Shown here: piece by piece, positions 9,112-19,896 of the stretch
How positions within the stretch are numbered: position 1 is the first letter of the stretch
Layout of the letters: each line of letters begins with the position of its first letter
Assembly (NCBI GenBank): GCA_048886685.1
Contig: JBHLKM010000003.1
Location: forward strand, 160,001 to 224,000
Source: Candidatus Hodarchaeota archaeon
Lineage (GTDB): Archaea; Asgardarchaeota; Lokiarchaeia; Sigyniarchaeales; SOKP01
Length of the DNA stretch: 64,000 nt
Reading direction: 5' to 3'
Position numbers and translations under genes: made by a program
Notes under the pieces: model-generated
The model's input: only the letters and a program-made list of their open reading frames with translations
Told to the model about the DNA's origin: nothing
Databases searched by the model: none

Positions 9112-10761
9112 ATGTTTAATCGAGCATTTAAAAACTTCTTGACGAAGAAACCTTCAAAGGATGACCTATACCCCTATCTATACTCTATTGCTTTTGGAGA
9201 ATTAGGAAAACCTAAAGAAGAAATTAAAACTAAACCAATTAGATGTAGTAACTGTGATGCAATCTTCACTGATACTGATTTAATTCAGATAGATTCTCAA
9301 AAAGGTTCTTATTATGTATGTGAATTCTGTGGAACAGTCAATACAATTGATAAATCAAAGATTGAGAAAAAGCTCCCAAATGACGTTGATTTTATTTTAA
9401 TAGAAGCATTAAAAAAAGGAGCAGAAAAAGAAGAAAAAATTACAAAAATGGATAAAATCGAGGGAGATCTTTATATTTCTGTGATAGATATCTCTGGTAG
9501 TATGAGTGGTGCTAAAATTGAAGCTGTTAAGAAATCATTAATTCAGACTTTAAAAGATTATAAAATTAATTCTCCTCTCACTAAATATTTATTAATCACA
9601 TTTGAGAGCTCTGTTTACTATTATTTAAGACATGACAAAAATCCTCTAATATTTAGTGGAGATTTACTATTTTCCTTTGAAGGAATGAAAGATCAATTGA
9701 ATAAATCATTAAAAAAGGAAAAATTTTTGGGTTCCTTAGGTGAATTCGCTGATGACTGGATAAGAAAAGTAAAGAGTCTTAGATCGATGGATATGACTGC
9801 ATTGGGTCCCGCACTATATTTTGCAATTCATTCTTTTGAATTATTCAATCATACTGGAAGAATTACATTATTAACTGATGGATTAGCAAATCAAGGAATA
9901 GGAAATTTATCTGGTACTAGTCCTGTTGCTGAAAAAACTTATGAAAATATGGCGGAATTATGTAATCAATATAAAATTATTGTTGATATTGTAGGAGTAT
10001 CAGCAAGTGGAGATAATAATGAAATGGGGCTACAAACATTAGGAAAACTAACTGATAAGACAGGAGGAACATTATATTTAATATCAAGCGAAGAAATGGA
10101 AGCAATTTTTTCTGAACTTAGGCAAATGAGATATATAGCAAAAGATGTAAAGGTTAAAGTTATAGTTCCTCCCAACATTATTATCAAGAACATAACAGGT
10201 GCTTATAGCGCTAAAGGTGTTGTTGAAGGTTCTGAAATAAACTTAGGGGCGATTACAGAAGATAGGGAATTATTCTTAGAACTTGAATCGGCTAAAGAAC
10301 TAGTGGAAAAAGAAGAAGTTCCTGTACAACTTCAAGTGGAATACTTGGATAACGATGGTCGCAAGAGAATGAGAGTTATTAATGATAGAGTAAAGGTGAC
10401 AAAAGATGAAAAGAAATTTAAATCTCAATATGACCAGAGATTTAACGTAATGATGAATATCCAAGCAGCTGGAGGCAGTTTTTATGCAGGAAAAGCCAGA
10501 GAATCAAAAAAACGGTTAATAAACTTAAAACGTGAGATGTTAGCTGAATTTAATCATATGAGATCATCAGGTTTGGGTATTAGTGGACAAAATTTTTCTA
10601 AGGGATTAGCTTATCTAGATGATGAATTGGAGGAAATTGAGATGGAAGAAGAAAAAGCAGCTCATGCTCCGACACAAAGCTACTGGGCAGTTAAAGGTCA
10701 AAAAAGAGCAAGAATTTCCTCAAGTGCTCTAAAAAAACGGATGGAAAAGAAGAAAAAATAA
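9112..10761 (+). CDS. Sec23/Sec24-like protein (Zn finger, vWA trunk, beta-sandwich)
   Basis: PIRCSNC...VCEFCGTVN zinc finger; VIDISGSM, TALGPAL, LLTDGLAN, TGGTLY trunk motifs; QLQVEYLDNDGRKRMRV barrel motif. Confidence 0.75.
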   Translation: MFNRAFKNFLTKKPSKDDLYPYLYSIAFGELGKPKEEIKTKPIRCSNCDAIFTDTDLIQIDSQKGSYYVCEFCGTVNTIDKSKIEKKLPNDVDFILIEALKKGAEKEEKITKMDKIEGDLYISVIDISGSMSGAKIEAVKKSLIQTLKDYKINSPLTKYLLITFESSVYYYLRHDKNPLIFSGDLLFSFEGMKDQLNKSLKKEKFLGSLGEFADDWIRKVKSLRSMDMTALGPALYFAIHSFELFNHTGRITLLTDGLANQGIGNLSGTSPVAEKTYENMAELCNQYKIIVDIVGVSASGDNNEMGLQTLGKLTDKTGGTLYLISSEEMEAIFSELRQMRYIAKDVKVKVIVPPNIIIKNITGAYSAKGVVEGSEINLGAITEDRELFLELESAKELVEKEEVPVQLQVEYLDNDGRKRMRVINDRVKVTKDEKKFKSQYDQRFNVMMNIQAAGGSFYAGKARESKKRLINLKREMLAEFNHMRSSGLGISGQNFSKGLAYLDDELEEIEMEEEKAAHAPTQSYWAVKGQKRARISSSALKKRMEKKKK

Positions 10762-10824
10762 AAAAAGAAGATTGGCAGTTCTACTTATATGGGTTTTAAT
10801 TATCTCTACAAAGACAATTTGCTA

Positions 10825-11658
10825 CTAGTTCTTTTCAAATATTCCTTGTATAACCACAATTCGTCCTTCTTTAAGGTTATGGACAATATTTCTCCACTTT
10901 GTCGTAGGATCCTCAACTATAACACCAAGATTAATTGGTTGGGGATTTTTAGATCGAGGTTTGTTTCTCATATGTTGAATACCTTCAAGTATTTTCATTG
11001 TATCGTCACTCCATGAAATTTCTCTAAATCCACTATTATTAATTAGTTGCCTAAGCTCACTAGCCGTGAGAAGAAAACTGATTTCAGGATTGTTCGCCCA
11101 TATCACAGGGAAATGTATAGGTGTGATCGAACCGGCGCAAACTGTATTAAGTGCCAGGCGACCTTTTGGTCGAAGAACACGACTAATTTGAGAAAACAAA
11201 CGTTCTTTATTCTCGATATTCATTAGGACGTGTTGTAAAAATGCTATATCAAATTCGCCTTTATCAAAAGGCATGTCTAGCCCATTTCCTTGTCGAATCT
11301 CTATTTTATTATTTAAGCCTACCTTATCGTTTATTATTTCTGCAGCACGACAGTATTCTTCACAAAGGTCTAGTCCTGTAATATAACAACCGAACTCAGC
11401 TACTAATGTCCTAGCAGGACCACCAATACCACTTCCTATATCAAGTACTCGCATACTTTCATTAAGTTCAACCTTTTGAGCAAGTTCCATGGTTGCCGAT
11501 CTTCCACGGAGGTGAAGCTCTTCAACAGGTGCAATAACATCTTGAATCAATTTTGCGGTTTCAATCCCTTCATCTTTTAATATAGTGAGAATCTTTTCAC
11601 CAAGATCATTTTGTCCGTATTGGGCGTTTATGGCTTCTTCATAATTCAAACTAAACAA
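10825..11658 (-). CDS. Class I SAM-dependent methyltransferase (sarcosine/dimethylglycine N-methyltransferase-like)
   Basis: VLDIGSGIGGPAR, DMPFDKGEFD, RVLRPKG. Confidence 0.85.
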   Translation of the reverse strand: MFSLNYEEAINAQYGQNDLGEKILTILKDEGIETAKLIQDVIAPVEELHLRGRSATMELAQKVELNESMRVLDIGSGIGGPARTLVAEFGCYITGLDLCEEYCRAAEIINDKVGLNNKIEIRQGNGLDMPFDKGEFDIAFLQHVLMNIENKERLFSQISRVLRPKGRLALNTVCAGSITPIHFPVIWANNPEISFLLTASELRQLINNSGFREISWSDDTMKILEGIQHMRNKPRSKNPQPINLGVIVEDPTTKWRNIVHNLKEGRIVVIQGIFEKN

Positions 11659-11742
11659 ATCCTTCTTATTTGTTTAGTACAATATCATATCTTAAAAAAA
11701 GTTATGTTTGGAATTAAAAAGACTAGATTATTTCAAAAAGTG

Positions 11743-13230
11743 CTAAAACGATTTGCTATAGTGTATTGGAGGTTTTCGATCTACCCATGGTCTTTCTTGC
11801 TCCAATTGGGCTGCCAAACGGAAAAGAGTCGCCTCATCACCAAAACGAGCTGCAAATTGAATGCCTATAGGAATATTATCCGCTGTCCAATATAACGGAA
11901 CTGACATAGCTGGTTGACCTGTTGCATTATATACAAAAGTAAAGGCAACAAGATTATTCATTAATTGGATAGTTTTGCCTACTTTCGTCGAACTTTCTGG
12001 CGAAAAAGAACCTATTTTAGGAGGGGGAATTGTCAATGTCGGAGTGAGAAGTATATCATAACCACCCTTATGAAACCATCGTGCTACTTTCCGTGAAAAA
12101 CGCTGACATTCTTCTATAGCACTTAAATACTCGGCTCCAGTTCGAGTCATCGCGTTTTGATAAAACAACCAGGTCATAAGCTCCACTTGATCTTCTGTTA
12201 TCTTTTTACCTAATTCTTTTTCCCAATATGTGAACATATGACCAGTTGTACTAGCAAATATAATGCCAAAATGCATAAAAAGATTTGTATAGCTCAATTC
12301 TTCTGCATTTATCTCATCAACATTATGTCCTAAACTTTCGGATAACTTGGCTGCATCTCTCACTGCTTTTTCACATTCTGGATGTATTTTAGGTCCAAAA
12401 CTCCAACCATTAGGAATAGATGTTAAAAAGCCAATATTTAAGCGCCCTACTTCTTTCTCAACTTCTTCTAAGAAAGGCCGTTTCTTTGGCGGGGCATAAT
12501 AAGGATCTCCAATATCTGGTCCTGAGGTTACATCCAAAAGGGCGGCTGAATCTCTAACTGTTCGAGTGAGTGCATGTTCTACAACAACTCCACTCCCAAA
12601 ATCACCTAAAAGTGGACCTAGAGGGTTCCGTGCTCGAGTTGGTTTCATTCCGAAGACTCCACAACATGAGGCAGGGATACGAATCGAGCCTCCTCCATCA
12701 TTTCCATGAGCCATTGGTACAATACCAGCTGCTACAGCTACTGCTGAACCCCCACTAGAGCCTCCTGATATTATATCTGGGTTCCAAGGATTAGTTGTTG
12801 GTCCATATATTATAGGTTCTGTAGTGGGAAGACATCCAAATTCAGGTGTATTAGTTTTGCCAATAATTATCAATCCGGCATTTTTTTGTCGTTTCACGAG
12901 TTCTGAATCAAATTTCGATATATACCCCTTAACGACACCAGAACCTTCATTAAGAGGAGCCCCTTCATATTCAGCAATTAAATCTTTTAAGAGAAAGGGT
13001 ACACCACTAAAAATAGCATCAGTACGTCTACCTGAACTAATTTCCTTATCCCATTTTTTTGCTATTTTATGTGCTTCGTCATACATCTTATGAATCACGG
13101 CATTAAGTTTAGGATTAACACGCTCAATTCGTTCAATAGTCATCTCAACTAATTCAGATGGCTTAACTTCTCCTTCACGTACCATTTCTCCCAAACCAAT
13201 CGCATCATACTCCATCAATTCAACTTTCAA
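11743..13230 (-). CDS. Amidase signature family enzyme
   Basis: [33 protein letters not shown] (Ser-cisSer-Lys triad intact). Confidence 0.95.
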   Translation of the reverse strand: MKVELMEYDAIGLGEMVREGEVKPSELVEMTIERIERVNPKLNAVIHKMYDEAHKIAKKWDKEISSGRRTDAIFSGVPFLLKDLIAEYEGAPLNEGSGVVKGYISKFDSELVKRQKNAGLIIIGKTNTPEFGCLPTTEPIIYGPTTNPWNPDIISGGSSGGSAVAVAAGIVPMAHGNDGGGSIRIPASCCGVFGMKPTRARNPLGPLLGDFGSGVVVEHALTRTVRDSAALLDVTSGPDIGDPYYAPPKKRPFLEEVEKEVGRLNIGFLTSIPNGWSFGPKIHPECEKAVRDAAKLSESLGHNVDEINAEELSYTNLFMHFGIIFASTTGHMFTYWEKELGKKITEDQVELMTWLFYQNAMTRTGAEYLSAIEECQRFSRKVARWFHKGGYDILLTPTLTIPPPKIGSFSPESSTKVGKTIQLMNNLVAFTFVYNATGQPAMSVPLYWTADNIPIGIQFAARFGDEATLFRLAAQLEQERPWVDRKPPIHYSKSF

Positions 13231-13450
13231 GATTTTACACTTTTTAATTTTTATTTGTAGTTGGATTAATTTTTATTTTTAAATATTAATCAATTAAGTA
13301 AAAAAAACTTATATACATATGTGTAGAATATTATACTGCTGATTTACCAACAAAATACTATTACTACTAAGATCAAACACTAATGTTATCTATTAAAAAA
13401 ATCCAAAAAAAAAACAAAATAAAAAGAATACAAAAAAAATAATGGTATTC

Positions 13451-13801
13451 TTATTTTATTTTTTTGATTATAAAAAGACCTAATCCCATAGCACCACCAA
13501 TAATGCTCCAGACTATGGCAATCCACATCCAGATGATTATATCACCAGGAAAGAAAGGATAGAATATCCATAGAATGACTAAAATAACCGCCCAAATAGT
13601 TCCAATTGTTTTTTCTTTTTTTTCACTCTCACTCATGAAAAATATTAAATGTAGGACAGCACCAATGATGCTCCAAATAATTGCCAACCACATCCAAAAA
13701 AATATGTCACCAGGAAAGAACGGGTAAAAAATCCACAAAAATACTAAAATAATTACCCAAACAGTTCCTGTTATCTTTTTTATTTTATCTATATCTCCCA
13801 T
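13451..13801 (-). CDS. Small 4-TM membrane protein built from a tandem 55-aa duplication
   Basis: LWIFYPFFPGD..WMW..I.WSIIG occurs twice with a 165-nt period. Confidence 0.75.
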   Translation of the reverse strand: MGDIDKIKKITGTVWVIILVFLWIFYPFFPGDIFFWMWLAIIWSIIGAVLHLIFFMSESEKKEKTIGTIWAVILVILWIFYPFFPGDIIIWMWIAIVWSIIGGAMGLGLFIIKKIK

Positions 13802-13981
13802 TTTATTTTTCTTCCTTTTGTTTATTGTTTTACTTAATTTTAAGGAAAATAAATTGTTGATATAATAGAATAAAGTTACTTTTTATAAAAATCAGATCTC
13901 CTCATTCGAGAATTATGGCTAAAGCCTTTATAAAAAAACAGAAAAGGTAATCTTATTAAAAATAATATCAAATTGATAAAT

Positions 13982-14143
13982 ATGAACAAGAAGACTAAAG
14001 TTTTATTATATAGTCTTGGGTTTCTTGAGGGACCCAGATGGCGAAATGGGAAGTTGTTCTTTTCAGATGCTGTCGTAGGAAAAAGTTATTGTGTTGATGG
14101 TAAAGGGAATTCAGAAGTCATCGTTAAAATGGCTAGTCCATAA
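13982..14143 (+). pseudogene. Truncated SMP-30/gluconolactonase-family N-terminal fragment (53 aa)
   Basis: MNKKTKVLLYSLGFLEGPRWRNGKLFFSDAVVGKSYCVDGKGNSEVIVKMASP*; the EGPRW...LFFSD motif opens the SMP-30 beta-propeller, but the rest is absent. Confidence 0.6.
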
Positions 14144-14167
14144 CACTTTTTGAGAAGGTGAAAAGAT

Positions 14168-14617
14168 TTGAATGAAAGGATCTCAAAGGATGATTATTTC
14201 ATGAAAATAGCAGAAGTGGCATCTTTACGCTCTACGTGTATTAAGAGAAAAGTGGGAGCAGTACTGGTAAAAAATGACCACATTTTATCTACAGGATATA
14301 ATGGTGCACCCTCTGGATTTGCCCATTGCACTTCTGACTCATGTGTTCGAAAACATCTTATGCCTGGTGAACGACCAGAATGGTGTAGGGGGGTTCACGC
14401 CGAGATTAATTGTATCATCCAAGCCGCACTTCATGGGACAGCAATCGAAGGGACTACTTCACTCTATACCACTACCTTTCCCTGTATGAGCTGTCTAAAA
14501 TTGATTATTAATGCGAAAATCAAACGATTGGTCTACAAGGAAGGATATAACATGGAAAATCGAATAAAAGAGGAATTGGTACAAGAATCTGAGATTGAAA
14601 TTGTAAAATTGGATTGA
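14168..14617 (+). CDS. dCMP deaminase family (ComEB-like)
   Basis: RSTC, TGYNG, HAEINC, PCMSC zinc motifs; GGTGA SD before TTG. Confidence 0.92.
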   Translation: MNERISKDDYFMKIAEVASLRSTCIKRKVGAVLVKNDHILSTGYNGAPSGFAHCTSDSCVRKHLMPGERPEWCRGVHAEINCIIQAALHGTAIEGTTSLYTTTFPCMSCLKLIINAKIKRLVYKEGYNMENRIKEELVQESEIEIVKLD

Positions 14618-14741
14618 AAATGGTTATAAAATGAAGTGATTATCATGATTAAGATTTGGTTCAATTCTAAAATATATAGAAAAAAGAATGAAAAAAAAAT
14701 ATAGTTTTTATTTTTTTTGAAGAAAATAACAAAAAAATTGC

Positions 14742-14948
14742 TTAGATTAATCCGATAGCAATTTTCATATCAGCTGCGGTTACTTTCTTTCTGCCAGAGT
14801 GTTTAGCAATATCAAGCGCACAACCAGTAAGGCTTTTCGCATATTCTTCTAAATAATCCATTAATTTATCAACTGCAGCTCGACTTACGATTTCTGCTCC
14901 GGCTTTTTTCATTAGAGCCCTTAATGGACTCCATGCAAATGCTGCCAT
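14742..14948 (-). CDS. Archaeal histone (HMf-like, no tail)
   Basis: Histone fold: LMKKAGAEIVSRAA...AKHSGRKKVTAADM; GGAGG SD upstream. Confidence 0.93.
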   Translation of the reverse strand: MAAFAWSPLRALMKKAGAEIVSRAAVDKLMDYLEEYAKSLTGCALDIAKHSGRKKVTAADMKIAIGLI

Positions 14949-15394
14949 TTTTTTATTCCTCCACTAATTTTTAATTTAGGTTTGTTTTATTTAAGATTAA
15001 ATACTTTAATAAAATTGATGTATTTATAATTCTAAATTGTTGTTTCTTATATATAAATATGTTGGTTGGTTTTCGATAACCGAGCAATTTGATCAACTAG
15101 ATCTAATCGACAAAAAAAATCGGGATAGAAAAAAATATTTGTTTTTATTACTAAATTCCAATTATAAGATCTGATCAATATCTGAGATCATTTGGGGCAC
15201 TTTATGATCTTGAATTAGTAATTTCATTATGAGCTGGTTAAAATTATTGATATATTTGTGAATAATCTTTTATGAAATAAAATTTCAAAATACATATCGA
15301 GCTAAATTTCTACACATTTATTTAATAGAGCCTTAATTTCACGCTTTTAACCATTTATAAAATTATCTAAAACTCAAATTTTTTGAAAAAGAAT

Positions 15395-15628
15395 TCATCT
15401 TTTTAAATTACTTTTTGGGGGATTGGTCTTCCTATTCTGTCTAATTAGAAGGAGCCCGAGAAGTAGGAAAACTAAATCAAAAAGTATATCCTTAACGTAC
15501 ACAATACTTTCTTTAAATCCGAAAAATACCCTAATATTTAAGGCAATAATCCCATATAAAATAGAGATTAATCCAAAACTAAAAAGCAATATACCCATAA
15601 AAAAGGTAAAATCATTTTTTCTCCTCAT
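15395..15628 (-). CDS. Small 2-TM hypothetical membrane protein
   Basis: Two hydrophobic segments with basic ends; no family recognised. Confidence 0.45.
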   Translation of the reverse strand: MRRKNDFTFFMGILLFSFGLISILYGIIALNIRVFFGFKESIVYVKDILFDLVFLLLGLLLIRQNRKTNPPKSNLKR

Positions 15629-15881
15629 ATCTTTAATCTGAGATTATGCTTTTACTTAATATTATGAAATTTAAGTATTTAACAGATTTCCTTTTCTAAA
15701 AATTCTCATAATTAGTAGATTTTATATTAAATTTTTTTTATATTAAATATGTTTTATAAATAAATCGAACTCATTCTCTTTTAAGGATCCTATAAATGGA
15801 AAATAGATAGAAAAAATAATTATATTATTTAGTATAATTAATTTTAATTGAACCAAGATTATTTAAGGAGATCTTTAAAAT

Positions 15882-16943
15882 ATGAGTGAAATTAATCCTA
15901 TAATTTTAGTAATTTCTGATATTCATTTAGGATCCTTGGATAGTGAAAAAGATTTGTTCCTTCGGTTTTTAAAAAAAATTATTAATGGGGAATTTGGGAC
16001 TGAATTAAAAGCACTCTTAATATTAGGAGATTTTATTGATTTATGTACAGATATTCCTGAAACTCTTTTGAAAAGACCGCAAATCCAGGAGATATTCACT
16101 CTTTTATTAGAAATTAAAACGGATATGAATCTCATTTTTATACTTGGAAATCATGAAATTCCTGTAACAGGAGATTACGATGAAAAATTCAAACATCGAA
16201 AAGAAAAATTTTTGAACAGATTTAGGAGTAGTAATTTCGGTGAATTATTTAATAATGATGAGATTTACTGTCAATACATGTTATTAAAAAAGGTGAATAA
16301 AGAGGATTTTCTTTTGTTATATGATACAAGAGAAGAAATTGAGGAAAATCCAATTAACAAAATAAGGATTGAAGGAATTGAATTAGATGAAGATTATAGA
16401 TGTTTTATGACACATGGCTATCAATTTGATGGCGATATCTATCGCTTTTTTGTTGGGCAAATATGGAGATCCTTAATCGCTAGGAATAAAATTGAAGTAA
16501 AGGAGGCATATGATTATTTTTGGAATGAAGTAATTAAGAATGGGAGAAAAATCAAACCAGTTACATTTGAAATGATGAAAAAAGATTTGGCTAATTTAAA
16601 AAATGTGTCTATAGAATCACAAGATATCCTTTTTTCAGAATTAAACATTTTAGAATTTAATCTAATAAAAGCAAACATGCGGATATTGAAGAAATGGGAA
16701 CATGCTAGTAAACCGGATTATTACTTTAATGAGATAAAAAGGTTCTTAGAGGATGATGAATATAATTTATCAAAAATAAATCATTTAATATATGGGCATT
16801 CACACCATAAGGAAGTGTATGATGGAATAGTAAATGGTCATTCAATAAGAGTGGTAAACGATGGCTCATGGCAACATATAGGGCCATCCTATGTAGAAAT
16901 TTATAAGAGGGGGATTATTAACTTAAAATCTTTTAGTGCATAG
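15882..16943 (+). CDS. Calcineurin-like metallophosphoesterase
   Basis: SDIHLG, GDFID, GNHE, THG and GHSH metal-binding motifs. Confidence 0.88.
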   Translation: MSEINPIILVISDIHLGSLDSEKDLFLRFLKKIINGEFGTELKALLILGDFIDLCTDIPETLLKRPQIQEIFTLLLEIKTDMNLIFILGNHEIPVTGDYDEKFKHRKEKFLNRFRSSNFGELFNNDEIYCQYMLLKKVNKEDFLLLYDTREEIEENPINKIRIEGIELDEDYRCFMTHGYQFDGDIYRFFVGQIWRSLIARNKIEVKEAYDYFWNEVIKNGRKIKPVTFEMMKKDLANLKNVSIESQDILFSELNILEFNLIKANMRILKKWEHASKPDYYFNEIKRFLEDDEYNLSKINHLIYGHSHHKEVYDGIVNGHSIRVVNDGSWQHIGPSYVEIYKRGIINLKSFSA

Positions 16944-17080
16944 GTATGCTTGAAAGTACCATCCAAATTCTCATTTATTTTGGTTTTGTATTTAAATAAT
17001 GTTCACAATTTATAAATCTCAACCTTTATTTTAAATTATTAAGCTAAAATTATTAACATATTAGGGATAAGTTTTTATCT

Positions 17081-17689
17081 ATGACAGAGCAAGAAACCCC
17101 AATCTTTAAGATGAATCATGAGAAAAAACCAATCTATATTTTCAAGATCGTAATTTTGGGTCAAGAGCGTGTAGGGAAGACCTGCATTGCCAAACGCTTA
17201 TGTTTTAATATGTTTGATGTTGAGACAAAAGAAACGCTTGGAATTGAGTTCTATACATATGATCTTCCCATTAGAGTTGCTGGAGAAGAAACTTTTATTA
17301 GAATTAGCATATGGGATTTTGGTGGTCGGGAGCAGTTTAAAAAATTATTTCCGTATTATATTAATGGTGCCAATGGTATTTTTATGGTATTTAGTTTAGT
17401 AGATCTTCAAACTTTATTAAGATTAGATTGGTGGTATGAGAGATTAGGTGAATATAATCATGCGGAAACTCCAAGAATATTTATTGGTGCTAAAAATGAT
17501 CTTGTAGGAAATGTTGACAATAAAACGCGAGTAGATAAATTGGTTATAGATAGATTTATGAAACGGCATGATGAAAGTGATTTTTTCAAAACTTCCTCAA
17601 AAGAAAATTATAATATTAAAAAAATTTTTAAAGAGCTGGTTATTAAGATTTTAGACAAGAACAAATTAGATTACGACCAACTTGAATAA
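17081..17689 (+). CDS. Rab-like small GTPase
   Basis: GQERVGKT, TLGIEF, WDFGGREQF, AKND, TSSK. Confidence 0.9.
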   Translation: MTEQETPIFKMNHEKKPIYIFKIVILGQERVGKTCIAKRLCFNMFDVETKETLGIEFYTYDLPIRVAGEETFIRISIWDFGGREQFKKLFPYYINGANGIFMVFSLVDLQTLLRLDWWYERLGEYNHAETPRIFIGAKNDLVGNVDNKTRVDKLVIDRFMKRHDESDFFKTSSKENYNIKKIFKELVIKILDKNKLDYDQLE

Positions 17690-17749
17690 AAAAAAAGTTA
17701 TTTATTTTCTTATTAAAAACGTAATACACTCCTTTTAGTGGATTTTATA

Positions 17750-18829
17750 ATGGTTGATATATTTTATGAAGAAGATGGAGATCTTTCAAAATTAGATGGG
17801 AAGACTATAGCAATCATAGGCTATGGTAATCAGGGACGTGCCCAAGCGCTCAATTTAAGAGATTCAGGGCTAAACATTATTATTGGAAATGTTGAAGATA
17901 AGTATGGGAAAATAGCCACGAATGATGGTTTTCCTGTCTTTTCAATTAAAGAGGCCTCCAAAAAATCAGATGTAATATTTCTTCTTATTCCTGATGAAGT
18001 AATGAATGATGTCTTTGAAAGAGAAATCAGACCTAATATCCAAGCTTATTCAACTTTAGTATTTGCGAGTGGATATAATATTGGATTTAAATTATTGAAA
18101 CCGCCTAAAGATCTTGACGTTTTATTAATAGCACCGAGAATGATTGGTGTTGGAGTAAGGGAGAAATTCCTTAAAGATGAGGGTTTTTTTAGTTTTGTCG
18201 CAATTGAGCAAGATGCGTCTGGAAAAGCAAAACAAATTTTATTAGCATTAGCTAAGGGTATTGGAACATTGAAAAAAGGAGCTATAATGATTAATTTCAA
18301 GCAAGAAGCAGAGTTGGATTTATTCAACGAACAAGGATTTGGTCCTGCTTTTGGTAGGGTATTACTATCAAGTATTTATACTTTAATTAAAGCAGGATAT
18401 CCTAAAGAAGCTGTATTGGTTGAAATGTATATGAGCGGAGAGATGGCATATACATATCAGAAAATGGCTGACATAGGAATAATCAAACAAGTAGATTTTC
18501 ATTCTCAAACAAGTCAGTATGGAGCTTTGAGTCGCGGTATTCGCTTTAGAAAACTTCCTCTCAAGGTAAAGATGAGTGAAATCTTAAAAGAAATCCAAAA
18601 TGGTGAATTTACTAAAGAATGGGAAAAAAGAATCAATAAGCTTAAATTTAAAATGTTTAAATATTTCGCAACTAAACAGAAAATAAATAAATTAGAAAAA
18701 CAAGTTAGAAAAAATCTTAGATTAAAATTATATGATATATATGAAGAACTACTTCCGACTAAAGCAGAGCTTTCTGAATTAAAAAAGATTTCAGACGAAT
18801 TAGACCTGTTTGAACAATATTATGATTAG
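17750..18829 (+). CDS. ilvC: Ketol-acid reductoisomerase
   Basis: IAIIGYGNQGRAQALNLRDSG, LLIPDE, DLFNEQ, HSQTSQYG. Confidence 0.88.
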   Translation: MVDIFYEEDGDLSKLDGKTIAIIGYGNQGRAQALNLRDSGLNIIIGNVEDKYGKIATNDGFPVFSIKEASKKSDVIFLLIPDEVMNDVFEREIRPNIQAYSTLVFASGYNIGFKLLKPPKDLDVLLIAPRMIGVGVREKFLKDEGFFSFVAIEQDASGKAKQILLALAKGIGTLKKGAIMINFKQEAELDLFNEQGFGPAFGRVLLSSIYTLIKAGYPKEAVLVEMYMSGEMAYTYQKMADIGIIKQVDFHSQTSQYGALSRGIRFRKLPLKVKMSEILKEIQNGEFTKEWEKRINKLKFKMFKYFATKQKINKLEKQVRKNLRLKLYDIYEELLPTKAELSELKKISDELDLFEQYYD

Positions 18830-18834
18830 GTACC

Positions 18835-19818
18835 TTATAATTCAAGAAGTATTACTATTACACCTAAAATAGTTAAAACTACACCAACAAAACCAAATTT
18901 AGAAATAGTTTCCTTATTTACAAAATATGTCAATGGAAGTGCAAAGAGAGGACTAGCACTTGCGATTAATGCTACAACATCAGCTCCTGCTACATGAACG
19001 GATTCAGTATATAGATATGCTCCAAGTGAAGTTCCTATAATTGAGGCACCAATTAATAGAGTCCATGTACGGAGAGATTTCTTACTACTCATTAAATTAT
19101 AGTCTCTCTTTTTTAAGTAATGCTCCCGCCACACCATTGAACTCAAGATCATTAAGGCGAATGGAAACCGAATAACATTTCCTATAATAGAACTAAGTTC
19201 CTCTTTTTGGATAATCTGATCTATTCTACCTGTTGCAAATTCAATCATGATGGCCCCAACGGCCCAACCTATAGATGCAGTGAAGCAATAAATAATTGCT
19301 TTAACAATATTTTTCTCAAAGACTTCTTGGAATTTTATCTTTATTGTTGGTTTTGCTATTAAGTTTCCATTTTCGAGTGGATTCTCAGAGTTTATTTTGG
19401 ATTTTCCAATGATCGTGATTCCTACACCAATTAGAAGAAGTGAAATAATCAAATTGAGTTTAAATGGTTTTTTGAGAAAAATTAGAGATAATATGAAAGT
19501 AAAAAGAGGAAAAGTCATCGAAATAGCAAGAGCAATGGTTGTTCCTAGTTTTTTTTGAGCAGTAAAATAAGCTGTATCCCCAATCACTTGACCAAATACA
19601 AAACTAAAAATTAATAACACCCAGATTTCCCATGGGATTACAAAAATGAGATCTAACTGATTTAAAAAGAAAGCTATAAGGAAGAAAGTTAATGTACCTA
19701 CGGCTGTTCGAAAAAAGTTGATAAAGGTTGGGCTAGCTTCATGCTCTGTTCTGCGAAAAATAACATTGGAGGCAACAAATGTTAGTACAGCTAAAATTGC
19801 GATAATTTCTCCTAGCAT
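18835..19818 (-). CDS. EamA/DMT family transporter
   Basis: About 10 TM segments in two EamA-like halves. Confidence 0.82.
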   Translation of the reverse strand: MLGEIIAILAVLTFVASNVIFRRTEHEASPTFINFFRTAVGTLTFFLIAFFLNQLDLIFVIPWEIWVLLIFSFVFGQVIGDTAYFTAQKKLGTTIALAISMTFPLFTFILSLIFLKKPFKLNLIISLLLIGVGITIIGKSKINSENPLENGNLIAKPTIKIKFQEVFEKNIVKAIIYCFTASIGWAVGAIMIEFATGRIDQIIQKEELSSIIGNVIRFPFALMILSSMVWREHYLKKRDYNLMSSKKSLRTWTLLIGASIIGTSLGAYLYTESVHVAGADVVALIASASPLFALPLTYFVNKETISKFGFVGVVLTILGVIVILLEL

Positions 19819-19896
19819 TTTATAAGAAAATTAAAGAACGCATAAATTGTTTTCTATCAAAAAGGATTTAAGATTTAAATATAAACGAGGTAGATA

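Noticed and set aside
14949-15394. Long intergenic region upstream of the histone gene with several GATC sites, considered as tRNA, ncRNA or origin
   Set aside because: No cloverleaf, no ORB-like repeats, no adjacent cdc6/orc1 and no convincing stem
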